DNA of 63,887 nucleotides, filler included, from Chiloscyllium plagiosum (Eukaryota): assembly GCF_004010195.1 (NCBI RefSeq). It is 3 parts of one record of this genome, joined end to end, with 100 filler letters (N's around TTAATTAATTAA, not from the genome) between each part and the next. Parts side by side here need not be neighbours in the genome. Positions count along the whole stretch, not along the records: positions 1 to 24,539 come from NC_057714.1; positions 24,640 to 40,832 come from NC_057714.1; 1 more part is not named here. One strand, 5' to 3'. Shown here in pieces: positions 13,290 through 25,690 of this stretch. The notes below the pieces were generated by a model, which was not told where the DNA came from, did no database searches, and saw nothing but the letters and a program-made list of their open reading frames with translations. How positions within the stretch are numbered: position 1 is the first letter of the stretch; the number at the start of each line of letters is the position of its first letter. The translations under genes were made by a program, and so were the position numbers.

Positions 13290-13732
13290 TACAGCCGCAA
13301 CATGACCTCCCAACTCCTGTACTCAATACTCTGACCAATAAAGGAAAGCATACCAAACACATTCTTCACTATCCTATCCAGCTTCGACTCCACTTTCAAG
13401 GAGCTATGAACCTGCACTCCAAGGTCTCTTTGTTCAGCAACACTCCCTAGGACCTTACCATTAAGTGTATAAATCCTGCTAAGATTTGCTTTCCCAAAAT
13501 GCAGCACCTCACATTTATCTGAATTAAACTCCATCTGCCACTTCTCAGCCCATTGGCCCATCTGGTCCAGATCCTGTTGTAATCTGAGGCAACCCTCTTC
13601 GCTGTCCACTTCCAATTTTGGTGTCATCTGCAAACTTCCTAACTGTACCTCTTAAGCTCGCATCCAAATCATTTATCTAAATGACAAAAAGTAGAGGACC
13701 CAGCACCGATCCTTGTGGCACTCCACTGGTCA
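13290..13732 (-). mobile_element. CR1 LINE RT fragment
   Basis: LQQDLDQMGQWAEKWQMEFNSDKCEVLHFG motif. Confidence 0.88.
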
Positions 13733-14394
13733 TAATAAGAACTCGTGTGGGGGCAGTACGACAGATTGAGGGAGAGGATCATGTTGAATGATAAATAGGT
13801 TTGGTGGTGTGAATGGCCTACTCTTGCTAGTAATAAGGAAGTTTCAGTAGCTTTGAATTAATCCCATAACTGCTGGAAACCTGTACCAACACTAATAGAC
13901 ATTGGATCTATCTCTATTGGTACAACATGAGTGATAACAGATTGCACTTGCTGCAACAGACATTAATTAAAGCGCAGTGCTTACAGTCAGCTACCCACAT
14001 TCTCATTGACAAGACAGGAGACCTTGTCTCCAGGTGCATTACTGCGCTTGCATGCTGTTCTCCAAAAGGACTCAGTGATGGGGTGGCGGGGATGAAAGGA
14101 GTCACCAGAGGGAGGAGGGACAGAGGTCTCAGAGGCCTGGGTGGGTCTGTGGGAGGGGAATGGCATTCCCCGCACACACCCCAACCCTCCACCGGCTTCC
14201 TCTTCCCCCGCCCCTCCTGGCCCCCTCTCTCAGGAACCAAATGCCTCTGTAACATTTGGTGAGTGTGTCACACTAGTGTAGTCACCTGACCATGCCTGCC
14301 TGAAAAACTGGTTCTGTTGATGAGTCACTTGCTTCTGCAGCTCCCTGCTACAGTAATTAACACTAATTGAACCACCTACTTACAGCTGATTAAA

Positions 14395-17300
14395 CCATAA
14401 GAACGTAGGAGCAGGAGGCCATTCAGCCCATCATGTCTGCTCCACCATTCAATGAAATTATGGCTGATCTAATCACCCTCAACTCTACTTCCTGCCTTTT
14501 TCTCATAATCCTTGATTGCCTTTGACTTGATTAAAAATCTGTCCACCTCAGCCTTGAACATATTCAGATCCAGCCTCAGCTGTCCTCCAGGGTAAAGAAT
14601 TCCCCAGATTTGCTACCCTCAGAAGAAATTCCTTCTCATCTCTGCCTTAAATAGGTGACTCCTCATTCTGAGATGATCCCCTCTGGTCCTAGACTGTCCC
14701 ACATGGAGAAACCACCTTTCCGTTTCTACCCTGTCAAATCATAGAGTCATAGAGATGTACAGCATGGAAACAGACCCTTCGATCCAACCCATCCATGCCG
14801 ACCAGATATCCCAACCCAATCTAGTCCCACCTGCCAGCACCCGGCCCATATTCCTCCAATTTATATACCCATCCAAATGCCTCTTAAATGTTGTAATTGT
14901 ACCAGCCTCCACCACTTCCTCTGGCAGCTCATTCCATACACGTACCATCCTCTGCGTGAAAAAGTTGCCCCTTGGGTCTCTTTTATATCTTTCTCCTCTG
15001 ACCCTAAACCTACGCCCTCTAGTTCTGGACTCCCCGACTCAAGGGAAAACACCTTGCCTGTTTATCCTATCCATGCCCCTCATAACTTTGTAAACCTCGA
15101 TCAGGTCACCTCTTCCCACTCCAACATTCACGTATAAAATAATGAAAACCTTCCAAAGTAACACCCTTGTCAACCTTTCCATCAACAATAATCCAACGGC
15201 CAAATTTCGGCTCACTTGTTTATTCGCTCTGAAAACTCTGAATCTCAAGGCTGTGTCATCCTCACTACTTGCCTTCCCATCTACTTCTGTGTCACCTGCA
15301 AACTTCTCTATAGTACATTCTTGTTCCTCATCCAAGTGATTAATATATATTGTGAATAATGGTACCTTGAGCACTGATCCCTGTGACACTCCATCCTGAA
15401 AGTGCTCTCCTTATCCCTGCTCTTTTATTAGACAATTCTCTCTCCTTGCCAATATATTGCCTCCAACACAATGGGCTCTACGCTTCCTAAATTGTCTTAC
15501 GAGCAGTCCTCAATGAATGCCTTTAGAAATCAATAATATCACATGCCTGGTTCCCCTTTATCTAACTTGCTTGTTACCATCTCAAAGAATTTTACAAGAT
15601 GATTAGGGGTTTTGATAGGGTCGATAGTGAGAATCTTTTTCCACGTATGGAGTCAGCTATTACAAGGGGGCATAGCTTTAAATTAAGGGGGGGTAGGTAT
15701 AGGACAGATGTTAGGGGTAGGTTCTTTACTCAGCGAGTCGTGAGTTCATGGAATGCCCTGCCAGTAGCAGTGGTGGACTCTCCCTCATTATGGGCATTTA
15801 AGCGGGCATTGGATAGGCATATGGAGGATAGTGGGCTAGTGTAGGTTAGGTGGGCTTGGATCGGCGCAACATCGAGGGCTGAAGGGCCTGTACTGTGCTG
15901 TATTCTTCTATGTTCTAATTCCAATACGTTTATTTGGTCGGTTTCCCCTTCATGTAACCAGAATAACTCTGCTTAATTGGATAATGTATTTCTAAGTGCT
16001 TTGCCATTACATCCTTGTTAACAGATCCTTCCCCATTAATAAGAGTTAAACTAACTGGCTGAGACTTATCTTGTCTCAGTACTATAGTCATAGAACCTTT
16101 GGTCCAACCCATCCATGCCAACCAGATATCCTAAATTAATTTAGTCCCACTTGCCAGCACTTGGCCCATATCCCTTTAAGCCCTTCCTAACCATCCAGAT
16201 GCCTTTTAAATGTACCAGCCTCCACCATTTCCTCTGACAGCTCATTCCATACATTCTATATATCCTGTGTGTGAAAACATTACCCATTAGGTCCCTTTTC
16301 AATCTTTCCCCTTTCACCGTAAACCTACGCTCTCTAGTTTTGGATTCCCCATTCTGGGGGAAGAGCTTGGCTATTCTGTTCATGGTCAACCGTCAGCCTC
16401 TGACACTCCAGGGAAAACGCCCCAGCCTATTCAGCTTGGCCCTATAGCTAACACCCTCCAAACCTGGCAACATCCTTGTAAATCTTTTCTGAACCCTTTC
16501 AAATTTCACAACATCTTCCTATACTGGGGAGACCAGAATTTTACACAGTATTCCAAAAGTGGCCAAACCAATGTCCTGTACAGCCGCAACATGACCTCCC
16601 AACTCCTGTACTCAATACTCTAAGCAATAAAAGAAAGCATACCAAATGCCTTCTTCACTATCCTATCCACCTGCGACTCCACTTTCAAGGAGCTATGAAC
16701 CTGCACTCCAAGATCACTTCATTCAGCAACACTCCCCAAGACCTTACCATGACGTTTAGAAATCTTCCCCGATTCGCCTTTTCAAAGTGCAGCACCTCAC
16801 ATTTATCTAAATTGAACTCCATCTGCCACTCCTCAGCCCACCTTCACTCGTTGAATAAAGGTGTTACATTGGCAGTTTTCCAAAGCTCTGGGACTTTTCC
16901 ACAATTTAAAGATGCTTGGAAGATGACTCCAAGTGCATTACTGTCTCTGCAGGTACTGCCTTGAATATCCTAGGATACAATCCATCAGCTTTAAGGAACT
17001 TGTGGCCTTTAGCCCCACTGGTTTCTCAAGTAATTTTTTTCAAGTGATCTATATTGCATTTATTTCTCCTCCTGTTTTTTTGCCCATAACTAAACATTTT
17101 TGGAATGCTATTTATATATTTAACCACTAAAATTGCTGCAAAGCATTTATTCAATTAACTCCTTTGGTAATGCCCAGTTTCCCATTACTATATCCCCAGC
17201 CTCATTATCTAAGTGGTCTACTTTTCACTTTGGCTGCTCTCCTTATTATATATTTAAAATGTTCTTGCTATCATTTCATCACCTTACACTCAGTTTATTG

Positions 17301-17520
17301 TCTCACTCTATTTGTAAATTTTTTTGGTATTTAAAACATTCCCAATCTGCTAGCTTTTCATTATTGTTTGCTACGTCACATGTTCTTCTTTCAATTTGAT
17401 ACTGCCCTGAACTTCTCTGATTAAGTATGGTTGGCTTATCCATGTCCTAGAACCCTGTGTTTTCACTGGGATAAAATATTTGGAGAGTCATGGATCATTT
17501 TCTTAGATGTCTGCTATTGT
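14395..17520. mobile_element. Cluster of nested CR1 fragments (mostly minus; plus-strand 3' end at 15594-15916)
   Basis: Repeated CR1 3'-end motifs at 14739-15108(-), 15594-15916(+) and 16084-16840(-), with older RT remnants between. Confidence 0.75.
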
Positions 17521-17699
17521 TCCTCAACCTAGAGAGAGACTGTAGTGGAGCAGAGTAGGAATCCAGAGTCACAGGCAAGTTCTGGGACAAAGGTTCCAAT
17601 CTCATCATGGCAAATGGTGCAATTTGAACTCAATAAAAGCTTGGAATTAAAATAATGGCCAGGAAATTCAGAACTGGGGTCAATTGTTTAAGGATTGGG

Positions 17700-17939
17700 G
17701 TAGGCCATTTAGGAGAAAGTGAGGTCTGCAGATGCTGGAGATCAAAGTTGAAACTTTATTGCTGGAACAGCACAGCAGGTCAGGCAGCATCCAGGGAACA
17801 GGAGATTCGACGTTTCGGGCACAGGCCCTTCTTCCTGAAGAAGGGCCTGTGCCCGAAACGTCGAATCTCCTGTTCCCTGGATGCTGCCTGACCTGCTGTG
17901 CTGTTCCAGCAATAAAGTTTCAACGTAGGCCATTTAGGA
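17700..17939. mobile_element. Near-perfect fold-back PLE family-1 insertion with 15-bp TSD
   Basis: TSD gtaggccatttagga at 17700-17714 and 17925-17939; arms of about 85 bp mirrored around about 17835; HHR core on the plus arm. Confidence 0.9.
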
Positions 17940-18049
17940 CTGAGATGAAGAGAAATTTCTTTACCCAGAGAGCAGTGAAGCTGTGGAATTCTCTGCAAAA
18001 CAGTCTGAGGCCAAAACATTGACTGCTTTTAATAAGGAGTTAGATAAAG

Positions 18050-19215
18050 TTATAGCAGGGATACAGACTCTTCGGTTCAACCAGTCCATGCTGAACAAAA
18101 TTCCAAACTAAAGTGGCCCCATCTCCCTGCTCCTGGCCCATATCCCTGTAAATCATTCCAATTCATACACTTAGCCAAATGTCATTTAAACGCTGTAACT
18201 GTACCCACATCCACGATTTCCTCAAGCAAACCATCCACTGTGTAAAAAATCTGCTCTTGTCTTTTTTAAATCCCTCTCCTCCCATCTTAAAAATGTGCCC
18301 CTTAGACTTGAAATCCCACAGCCAAGGAAAAGACAACTACCAAGAACTCTATCTACACCTCTCATTATTCTAAAAACTTCTATAAGGTCGCTTCTCAACC
18401 TCCTATGCTCCAGCCTTTCTTTATAACTCAAACTATCCATACCCGGCAACATCATGGGAAATGTCTTCGGAACCCTCTCCAGCTTAATAATATCCTTCCT
18501 ATAACTGGGTGAGCAGAACTGGACACAGTGCTCCAGAACAGGCCTCACCAACCTCCTGTACACCCTCAACATGACACCCCAACTCCAACACTCAAAGGAC
18601 TGAGCAATGAGGCAAGTGTGCTAAACACCTTTTTAACCACCCTGACTATATGTGAACCAAACTTCAAAGGATTCTGTACCTGCACCCCCTAGGTCTCTCT
18701 GTTCTACAACATTACTCAAGGTGCTATCATTATTTGTATAAGTTGTAGCCCTGTTTCTTGCACCAAAATGCAATACCTCACATTTATCCAGATTGAACTT
18801 CATCTGCAATTTTTCAGCCATTTGATCCATTTGATCGAGATTCCTTCGTAATCTTAGAAAACCTTCTTTATTGTGTACAATGCCACCAATTTTGGTGTTG
18901 CCCCTAAACTTAATCGTCATGCCTTCAATACTCTCATCTGAATGGTTTATATAAATAATAAGCTGAAAATGTGTTGCTGGAAAAACGCAGGTCAGGCAGC
19001 ATCCAAAGAACAGGAGAATAGACGTTTCGGGCATAAGCCCTACTTCAGGAATGCTGAAGAAGGGCTTATGCCCGAAACATCGATTCTCCTGCTCCTTGGA
19101 TGCTGCCTGACCTGCTGCGCTTTTCCAGCAACACATTTTCAGCTCTGATCTCCAGCATCTGCAGCCCTCACTTTCTCCTATATAAATAATAAGACAGGAC
19201 CCAGAACCAATGCCT
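18050..19215 (-). mobile_element. CR1 LINE fragment interrupted by a fold-back PLE insertion (18948-19193)
   Basis: LVRPVLEHCVQF and [14 protein letters not shown] motifs; TSD tatataaataataag at 18948-18962 and 19179-19193. Confidence 0.85.
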
Positions 19216-19217
19216 GG

Positions 19218-19827
19218 TGTCACAAAGCTAGCCCTTTTTTCCTAAAAGCTGTTCCTTGATTTCTTTCAGAGGGGTAATAAACCGGGCGGGGCTGCGATCA
19301 GTCTGGTTTGGTACAGAGATGAAAAGGATTTTGAGAGGCCTTTTGTTTCTCGGTAAACAGATGAAACTTCAGGCCAAAGTGACCATGCTTTAGAAGTGAT
19401 TTGTATAAAGACAGGGGAGTGGTCAGCTCTCTAGCTGAGCTGAGCTGAGCTGTTTTAGTTCAGTCCTGAACTGGGAAGTTCAACAGGGAGCAGTGTGGAA
19501 ACTCTCTCTCACTTTTCTGCCCTTCAACTCCAACCTCTAAGTTTGTGTTCCATTTGTCCTGGGTTTTAAAGGGGGTTTACCTTTTGGGACTGTTGGGTAT
19601 ATTCGGAACAGCTGGCTAGGTTGAGTTCTGTAGGGGTCCTTTATTCTGTTCTTTGTGTTTCACTGTGTAATTTTGTGAATAAATTTTGTCTGTTTAAAAT
19701 CTAGTAGTCAATATAGCTACCTCACTCTGAGTAATTTTCACTATTCACTTACCGAAACAAATTGCAAAGTTAGATCTAGAGCTGCCTGATTAAGAATGTT
19801 TTGAGTGGTTGGCCTGGTCACATGGCA
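19218..19827 (+). mobile_element. Probable LTR of the adjacent Gypsy element
   Basis: Begins TGTCAC, ends CA, contains TATA-like gtataag and AATAAA, lies just upstream of gag. No second LTR seen to confirm the boundaries. Confidence 0.5.
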
Positions 19828-20289
19828 ATTAGGGATGGGTGATAAATGTTTGCCTGTCCAGAGATGCCCTTACCCTATGAGTGAATATAAAATAATCTCA
19901 GCCTTTGGGACGATCATGGACTTTGACCTAAATAATGTGCCCAGACCTGAACACCTTACTCCAAATGTGGTCTGTTGTTGATGTGTAACATCCCCACCTC
20001 ACGTTTACTCTCTAAGCCCCTAATTATTAACCCAAGAATNNNNNNNNNNNNNNNNNNNNNNNNNNNNNNNNNNNNNNNNNNNNNNNNNNNNNNNNNNNNN
20101 NNNNNNNNNNNNNNNNNNNNNNNNNNNNNNNNNNNNNNNNNNNNNNNNNNNNNNNNNNNNNNNNNNNNNNNNNNNNNNNNNNNNNNNNNNNNNNNNNNNN
20201 NNNNNNNNNNNNNNNNNNNNNNNNNNNNNNNNNNNNNNNNNNNNNNNNNNNNNNNNNNNNNNNNNNNNNNNNNNNNNNNNNNNNNNATG

Positions 20290-23200
20290 GTAGGTGCTAG
20301 TGTCTTTATTTTAGGTGTTGGTTTGGTTGAGAAGACAAAGTTTGGGCCAGTAATGGCTCTTTCAGTCACCAAAAGTTTTCTGGATGTGGATGCAGTGACT
20401 TTGGAAGTTTTGCAAAAGGTGAATAAGACCAAGCTGTAGGAATTAGCAGAGAAGCTGGAATTGGACCTGCCTGCTTTTGTGAGGAAAGGAGAGATAATTA
20501 CATCAGTAGCTCAGAATTTAAACTCGCTGGAGAAACAATCAGACTCTCTATAGAGGTGGCAAGGATTCAATTGCAAATGAAGCAGCTTGAGTTAAAGGCG
20601 AGAGATAAGGAAAGGGCAGCAGAAATGGAACTGTCGGAGTTACAATTAGCAGCAGAGAGGGAAAAAGAGAGGGCAGCAGCACAGGACGAAAAAGAGAGAG
20701 CTTTTGAACTTCAGAAACTGACATTTAAAAAGGAAAGTCAGCTTAAAAGGCTGGAGATAAAGGCTGAGGGTAGGATGAGTGAGGGGGAGAGTGAGGGTGA
20801 GCAAGCCCCTGGTAGTCAGAATCCTAGTTAGAAACTGATTAAGTATGTTCAAACATTGCTTAAATTTGATGAGAAGGATGTGGAAGCCTTCTTCATCTCA
20901 TTTGAAAAGGTGGCTAAACAAATGCAGTGACTAGTGGCAATGTGGGTTTTGTTGATCCAAACTAAACTCTCAGGTAGGGCTAGTGAGGTATTCGCATCCC
21001 TATCAGAGGAGGTATTTGGGAGTATGACGAGGTGAAAAAAGTCATTTAACTGCATATGAGCTTGTACCATAAGCTTATAGACAACGTTTCAGGAACATAA
21101 GGAGGGACCCTGAACAAACTTATATCGAGTTTGAAAGGATTAAACAGAGTAATTTTGATAGATGGATAAGAGCTTCAAAAATCGAGCCAACCCATGATGC
21201 CCTTAGAGAGGTAATTATTTTGGAAAAATTCATAAACTCACTGCCTGAAGTAGTGCAAACTCATGTGGAAGAGCAGAGAGTTAGCAGCTGAAGGGGCTGA
21301 TGGTTATGAGCTGGTCAATAAAACTCAGCTTGGCTTCCAGAATCAATTCCAGTCCATGAGGGATAGAAATTGGGGCAAAGAGAAATCCTCACGTGGAGAG
21401 GGATTGGTACATCATAAGGATAACTTACCACAGGGTAAAAAAAGAGACCCTTGAGGGGAACAAAGCTGTTAAAAGGCTCCGATGTTTTCATTGTAATACA
21501 GTGGGCCACACAAAATCAGTGTTGGTGCACGAGGAGAAAGCCAGATGTAGGAAAACAAGACAGGCCTGGAAGTTCTGTTGGACTAGTAACAAAAAGCNNN
21601 NNNNNNNNNNNNNNNNNNNNNNNNNNNNNNNNNNNNNNNNNNNNNNNNNNNNNNNNNNNNNNNNNNNNNNNNNNNNNNNNNNNNNNNNNNNNNNNNNNNN
21701 NNNNNNNNNNNNNNNNNNNNNNNNNNNNNNNNNNNNNNNNNNNNNNNNNNNNNNNNNNNNNNNNNNNNNNNNNNNNNNNNNNNNNNNNNNNNNNNNNNNN
21801 NNNNNNNNNNNNNNNNNNNNNNNNNNNNNNNNNNNNNNNNNNNNNNNNNNNNNNNNNNNNNNNNNNNNNNNNNNNNNNNNNNNNNNNNNNNNNNNNNNNN
21901 NNNNNNNNNNNNNNNNNNNNNNNNNNNNNNNNNNNNNNNNNNNNNNNNNNNNNNNNNNNNNNNNNNNNNNNNNNNNNNNNNNNNNNNNNNNNNNNNNNNN
22001 NNNNNNNNNNNNNNNNNNNNNNNNNNNNNNNNNNNNNNNNNNNNNNNNNNNNNNNNNNNNNNNNNNNNNNNNNNNNNNNNNNNNNNNNNNNNNNNNNNNN
22101 NNNNNNNNNNNNNNNNNNNNNNNNNNNNNNNNNNNNNNNNNNNNNNNNNNNNNNNNNNNNNNNNNNNNNNNNNNNNNNNNNNNNNNNNNNNNNNNNNNNN
22201 NNNNNNNNNNNNNNNNNNNNNNNNNNNNNNNNNNNNNNNNNNNNNNNNNNNNNNNNNNNNNNNNNNNNNNNNNNNNNNNNNNNNNNNNNNNNNNNNNNNN
22301 NNNNNNNNNNNNNNNNNNNNNNNNNNNNNNNNNNNNNNNNNNNNNNNNNNNNNNNNNNNNNNNNNNNNNNNNNNNNNNNNNNNNNNNNNNNNNNNNNNNN
22401 NNNNNNNNNNNNNNNNNNNNNNNNNNNNNNNNNNNNNNNNNNTAAAATACAAAGACATTTTCACTGGCCTGGACTACACAAGGATGTGGTTGAATTTTGC
22501 CAGATGCGTCATACATGTCAGCTAATGGGAAAACCACAGGCAGTAATAAAACCTGCACCTTTAATACCTATTCAGCTGGGTGTAGGTTTGCTTGCTGAGC
22601 TGGAAATGAACCTTCCAGCTCAGCGAGCAAACATACAACCAGAACCTCAACCTGAGCTACAAATCTTCTCAAAACTCGCTAACCTATTCCAGCATTTGAG
22701 GAACCTTTCACAAGAGTCTTGATTGAATGTGTACTCCCCTACCTCAAACAAAAAGTGGGAATAGGTATTTATTAACAATAATGAAGATCCAGTCAGATCA
22801 AGGGTCAAACCTCACAGCCAAACTATTCAAGGTGGTTATGGATAACTTGGGAGTAAAGCAATGCAAATCTACTGCGTACCATCCGGAATCGCAGGGAATG
22901 CTGGGGAGATGGCATCAAACAGTAAAGACCATGTTGAGGGCTTATGGTCAGGATTATCCACATGATTGGGATAAGGGAGTTCTGTTTGTACTTTTGCAAT
23001 CAGAGATTCACCAAATGAATCGACCAAATTCAGTCCATTTGAATAAATGTTTTGCACATGAAGTAAGACGACCATTAAAACTAATTAAAGAGAAATTAAT
23101 CAGTCAGAACTCAGAGACCACCCATTTGGACTGTGTCAAATTTTAGAGAACGACTAAATAGAGCTGGAGGATTGGTTAGACAACATTTAAACGTATCACA

Positions 23201-23395
23201 GTATACACCAAAACAAGAAGTGGATAAGAAATCATAAAATCACAATTTTGCGATTAGGGATAAGGTATTGGTGCTCATTCCAGTGACAGGTGAGCCTTTA
23301 AAAACAAGGTTTAGTGGGCCGTATCAAATCGAGAAGAAATTGAGTGAGGTGGACTACTTGAGAAAGACTCCAGACAGGAAGAAATCTCAGTGTGT
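20290..23395 (+). mobile_element. Decayed Gmr1-like Ty3/Gypsy internal region: gag (coiled coil, SCAN-like capsid, CCHC knuckle) and integrase
   Basis: FDEKDVEAFFISFEKVA...AYRQRFR gag; CFHCNTVGH knuckle; HFHWPGLHKDV integrase Zn-binding region; IQSDQGSN...TAYHPESQG core. Multiple stops and frameshifts. Confidence 0.85.
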
Positions 23396-24094
23396 CATAT
23401 CCTTTCTGGTCTGGCTGACATGTGACCCCACACTAACAGCAATGTTGCTCATTGTGATCAGCCTCTGAAATGGGTGAGCAGCGCTACCGTTGAAGGAGTA
23501 ATAATGGAGGGGAATAAATATTGGCTGAGCCCACATTGTCATCAATCCATCAATGTTCACAGATATGAGCTTCCTGGTAAACCCCTTCCCTAGTCCATTC
23601 CAGCTCACTCTCTGCTCATCCCCCAATGTAATTACCCTTCTTTATGGAAATCACAGTTGTTTTCCACCCATACTTTGCCCCCTCACACTGAAAATCTATG
23701 TTCTACCACATGACAGCTCATAGGGGATTGGCTACTCTCAGGCCTTTAATTATTAACTCTGCCTAATTTTATCTCACCAGATCAAAAGAGCCCGATCCAC
23801 AACATAAGGGCCAGAAAACTCTTCCAAATACACTCAATGCATTCTTGCTTGTAGTTATCTCTGCCAAATTGGCTTCATAGAATTTTAGAGTACAGAAGGC
23901 CATTCAACCCATCAGATCTAGATAGGATAATGAAGGTGGAGCTGGTATGCTCTCCTTTATTGGTCAGAGTATAGAGTACAGGTGTTGGGAGGTAATGTTG
24001 CGGTTTTTATATAATCACGTATGGCATGGACAAGGTCTTTTCCCTGGGGTGGGGGAGTCCTGAAGTAGAGAGTACAACTATAACATTTATCAAA

Positions 24095-24539
24095 GAGTCA
24101 GAGATGTACAGCACGGAAACAGATCCTTCAGTTCAACCCGTCCATGCCGACCAGATATCCCAACCCAATCTAGTCCCACCTGCCAGCACCCAGACCATAT
24201 CCCTCCAAACCCTTCCTATTCATATACCCATCCAAATGCCTTTTAAATGTTGCAATTGTACCAGCCTCCACCACTTCCTCTGACAGCTCATTCCATACAC
24301 GTACCACCCTCTGCGTGAAAAAGTTGCCCTTAGGTCCTCTTATATCTTTCCCCTCTTACCCTAAACCTATGTCCTCTAGTTCTGGACTCCCCGACCCCAA
24401 AGAAAAGACTTTGCCTATTTACCCTATCCGTGCCCTTCATAATTTTGTAAACGTCTATAAGGTCACCCCTCAGCCTCCGACACTCCAGGGAAAACAAGCG
24501 CAGCCTGTTCCGCCTCTCCCTATAGCTCAAATCCTCCAA
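24095..24539 (-). mobile_element. CR1 LINE 3' end
   Basis: Same family as 2943-4157; truncated by a gap. Confidence 0.88.
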
Positions 24540-24639
24540 NNNNNNNNNNNNNNNNNNNNNNNNNNNNNNNNNNNNNNNNNNNNTTAATTAATTAANNNNN
24601 NNNNNNNNNNNNNNNNNNNNNNNNNNNNNNNNNNNNNNN
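24540..24639. other. Artificial scaffold spacer (44 N + TTAATTAATTAA + 44 N)
   Basis: Exactly 100 bp with a six-frame stop linker; identical construct at 40833-40932. Confidence 0.95.
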
Positions 24640-25514
24640 ATTGCCTGTTTCCTAGTGAGCTCCACCACAAGCTGCTCCAAAAAGCCATCCTGTAGAAACT
24701 CCACAAATTCCCTTTCTTGCAATCCACTGCCAACCTGATTTCTCAGTCCACCTGCACACTGAAATCCCCCATGATCGCTGTAACTTTGCCTTTCCTACAC
24801 ATCTTTTCTATCTCCTGGAGTACCTTGCGCCCCAGCTCCTGACTGCTGTTTGGAGGTACATAACTCCAACTATGGTTTTTTTCACCTTTGCAGTTCCTCA
24901 ATCCTCCCCACACAGATTCGACACCACCTGACCCTACTGTATTTCTTACTAATGGTTTACTTTCATGTTGTACTAATAAGGCAATCCCTCCCCCTCTGCC
25001 CACCTGCCTGCCTTTTCGATAGGATGGATATCTGTGAATATGCCCCTTGCATCTCCGTGATGCCCACCAGTCCATACCAGCCAATTTCAAGCTGCGCCAC
25101 AACTTTATACCTTATACTTTATTCCATTACTCCATCAGATGTCATTGACAGCAAACAAGGAACAGAATTGACACAAATGGGTCAATTTTCTGGTTGCCAA
25201 TGTATTGTGATGTGGCACGGGAGTCAGTGCTGAGGGTCTCAACTTATTAGACTTTCTATAAATAACCCAGACAAAGCAACGCAAGGTAGAGTCATTAAAT
25301 TTGCTGATGATACAGGGAAGCTCAGTTGGCTGAACACCTAGCTTGTGATGCAGTGACACCTGCAGAATGGGCTCAACTGGCTGAGGTTACGGAAGGATCT
25401 TCTTCGCAATCACTCCACTTGCCTGAGGGGACGAACGACCCTCAGGTTAAACCATCACCATCAGGGGATCCGATCAGGTATACCCTAGAACTGTGTGGGA
25501 AGCTAGGGAAGTGA

Positions 25515-25690
25515 TTGCTGGAAATGTGGTGCTGGAAAAGCACAGCAGGTCAGGCAGCATCCAAGGAGCAGGAAAATCAATGTTTCGGGCATGAGCCCTT
25601 CTTCAGGGTTTCCTGAAGGGCTCATGCCCAAAACGTCGATTCTCCTGCTCCTTGGATGCTGCTGACCTGCTGCGTTTTTCCAGCAACACA
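25515..25690. mobile_element. Fold-back PLE family-1 terminal fragment
   Basis: Inverted arms around about 25608 with degenerate HHR cores. Confidence 0.75.

Noticed and set aside
24584..24595. TTAATTAATTAA between N runs (also 40877-40888)
   Set aside because: Synthetic six-frame-stop scaffold linker, not biological sequence.
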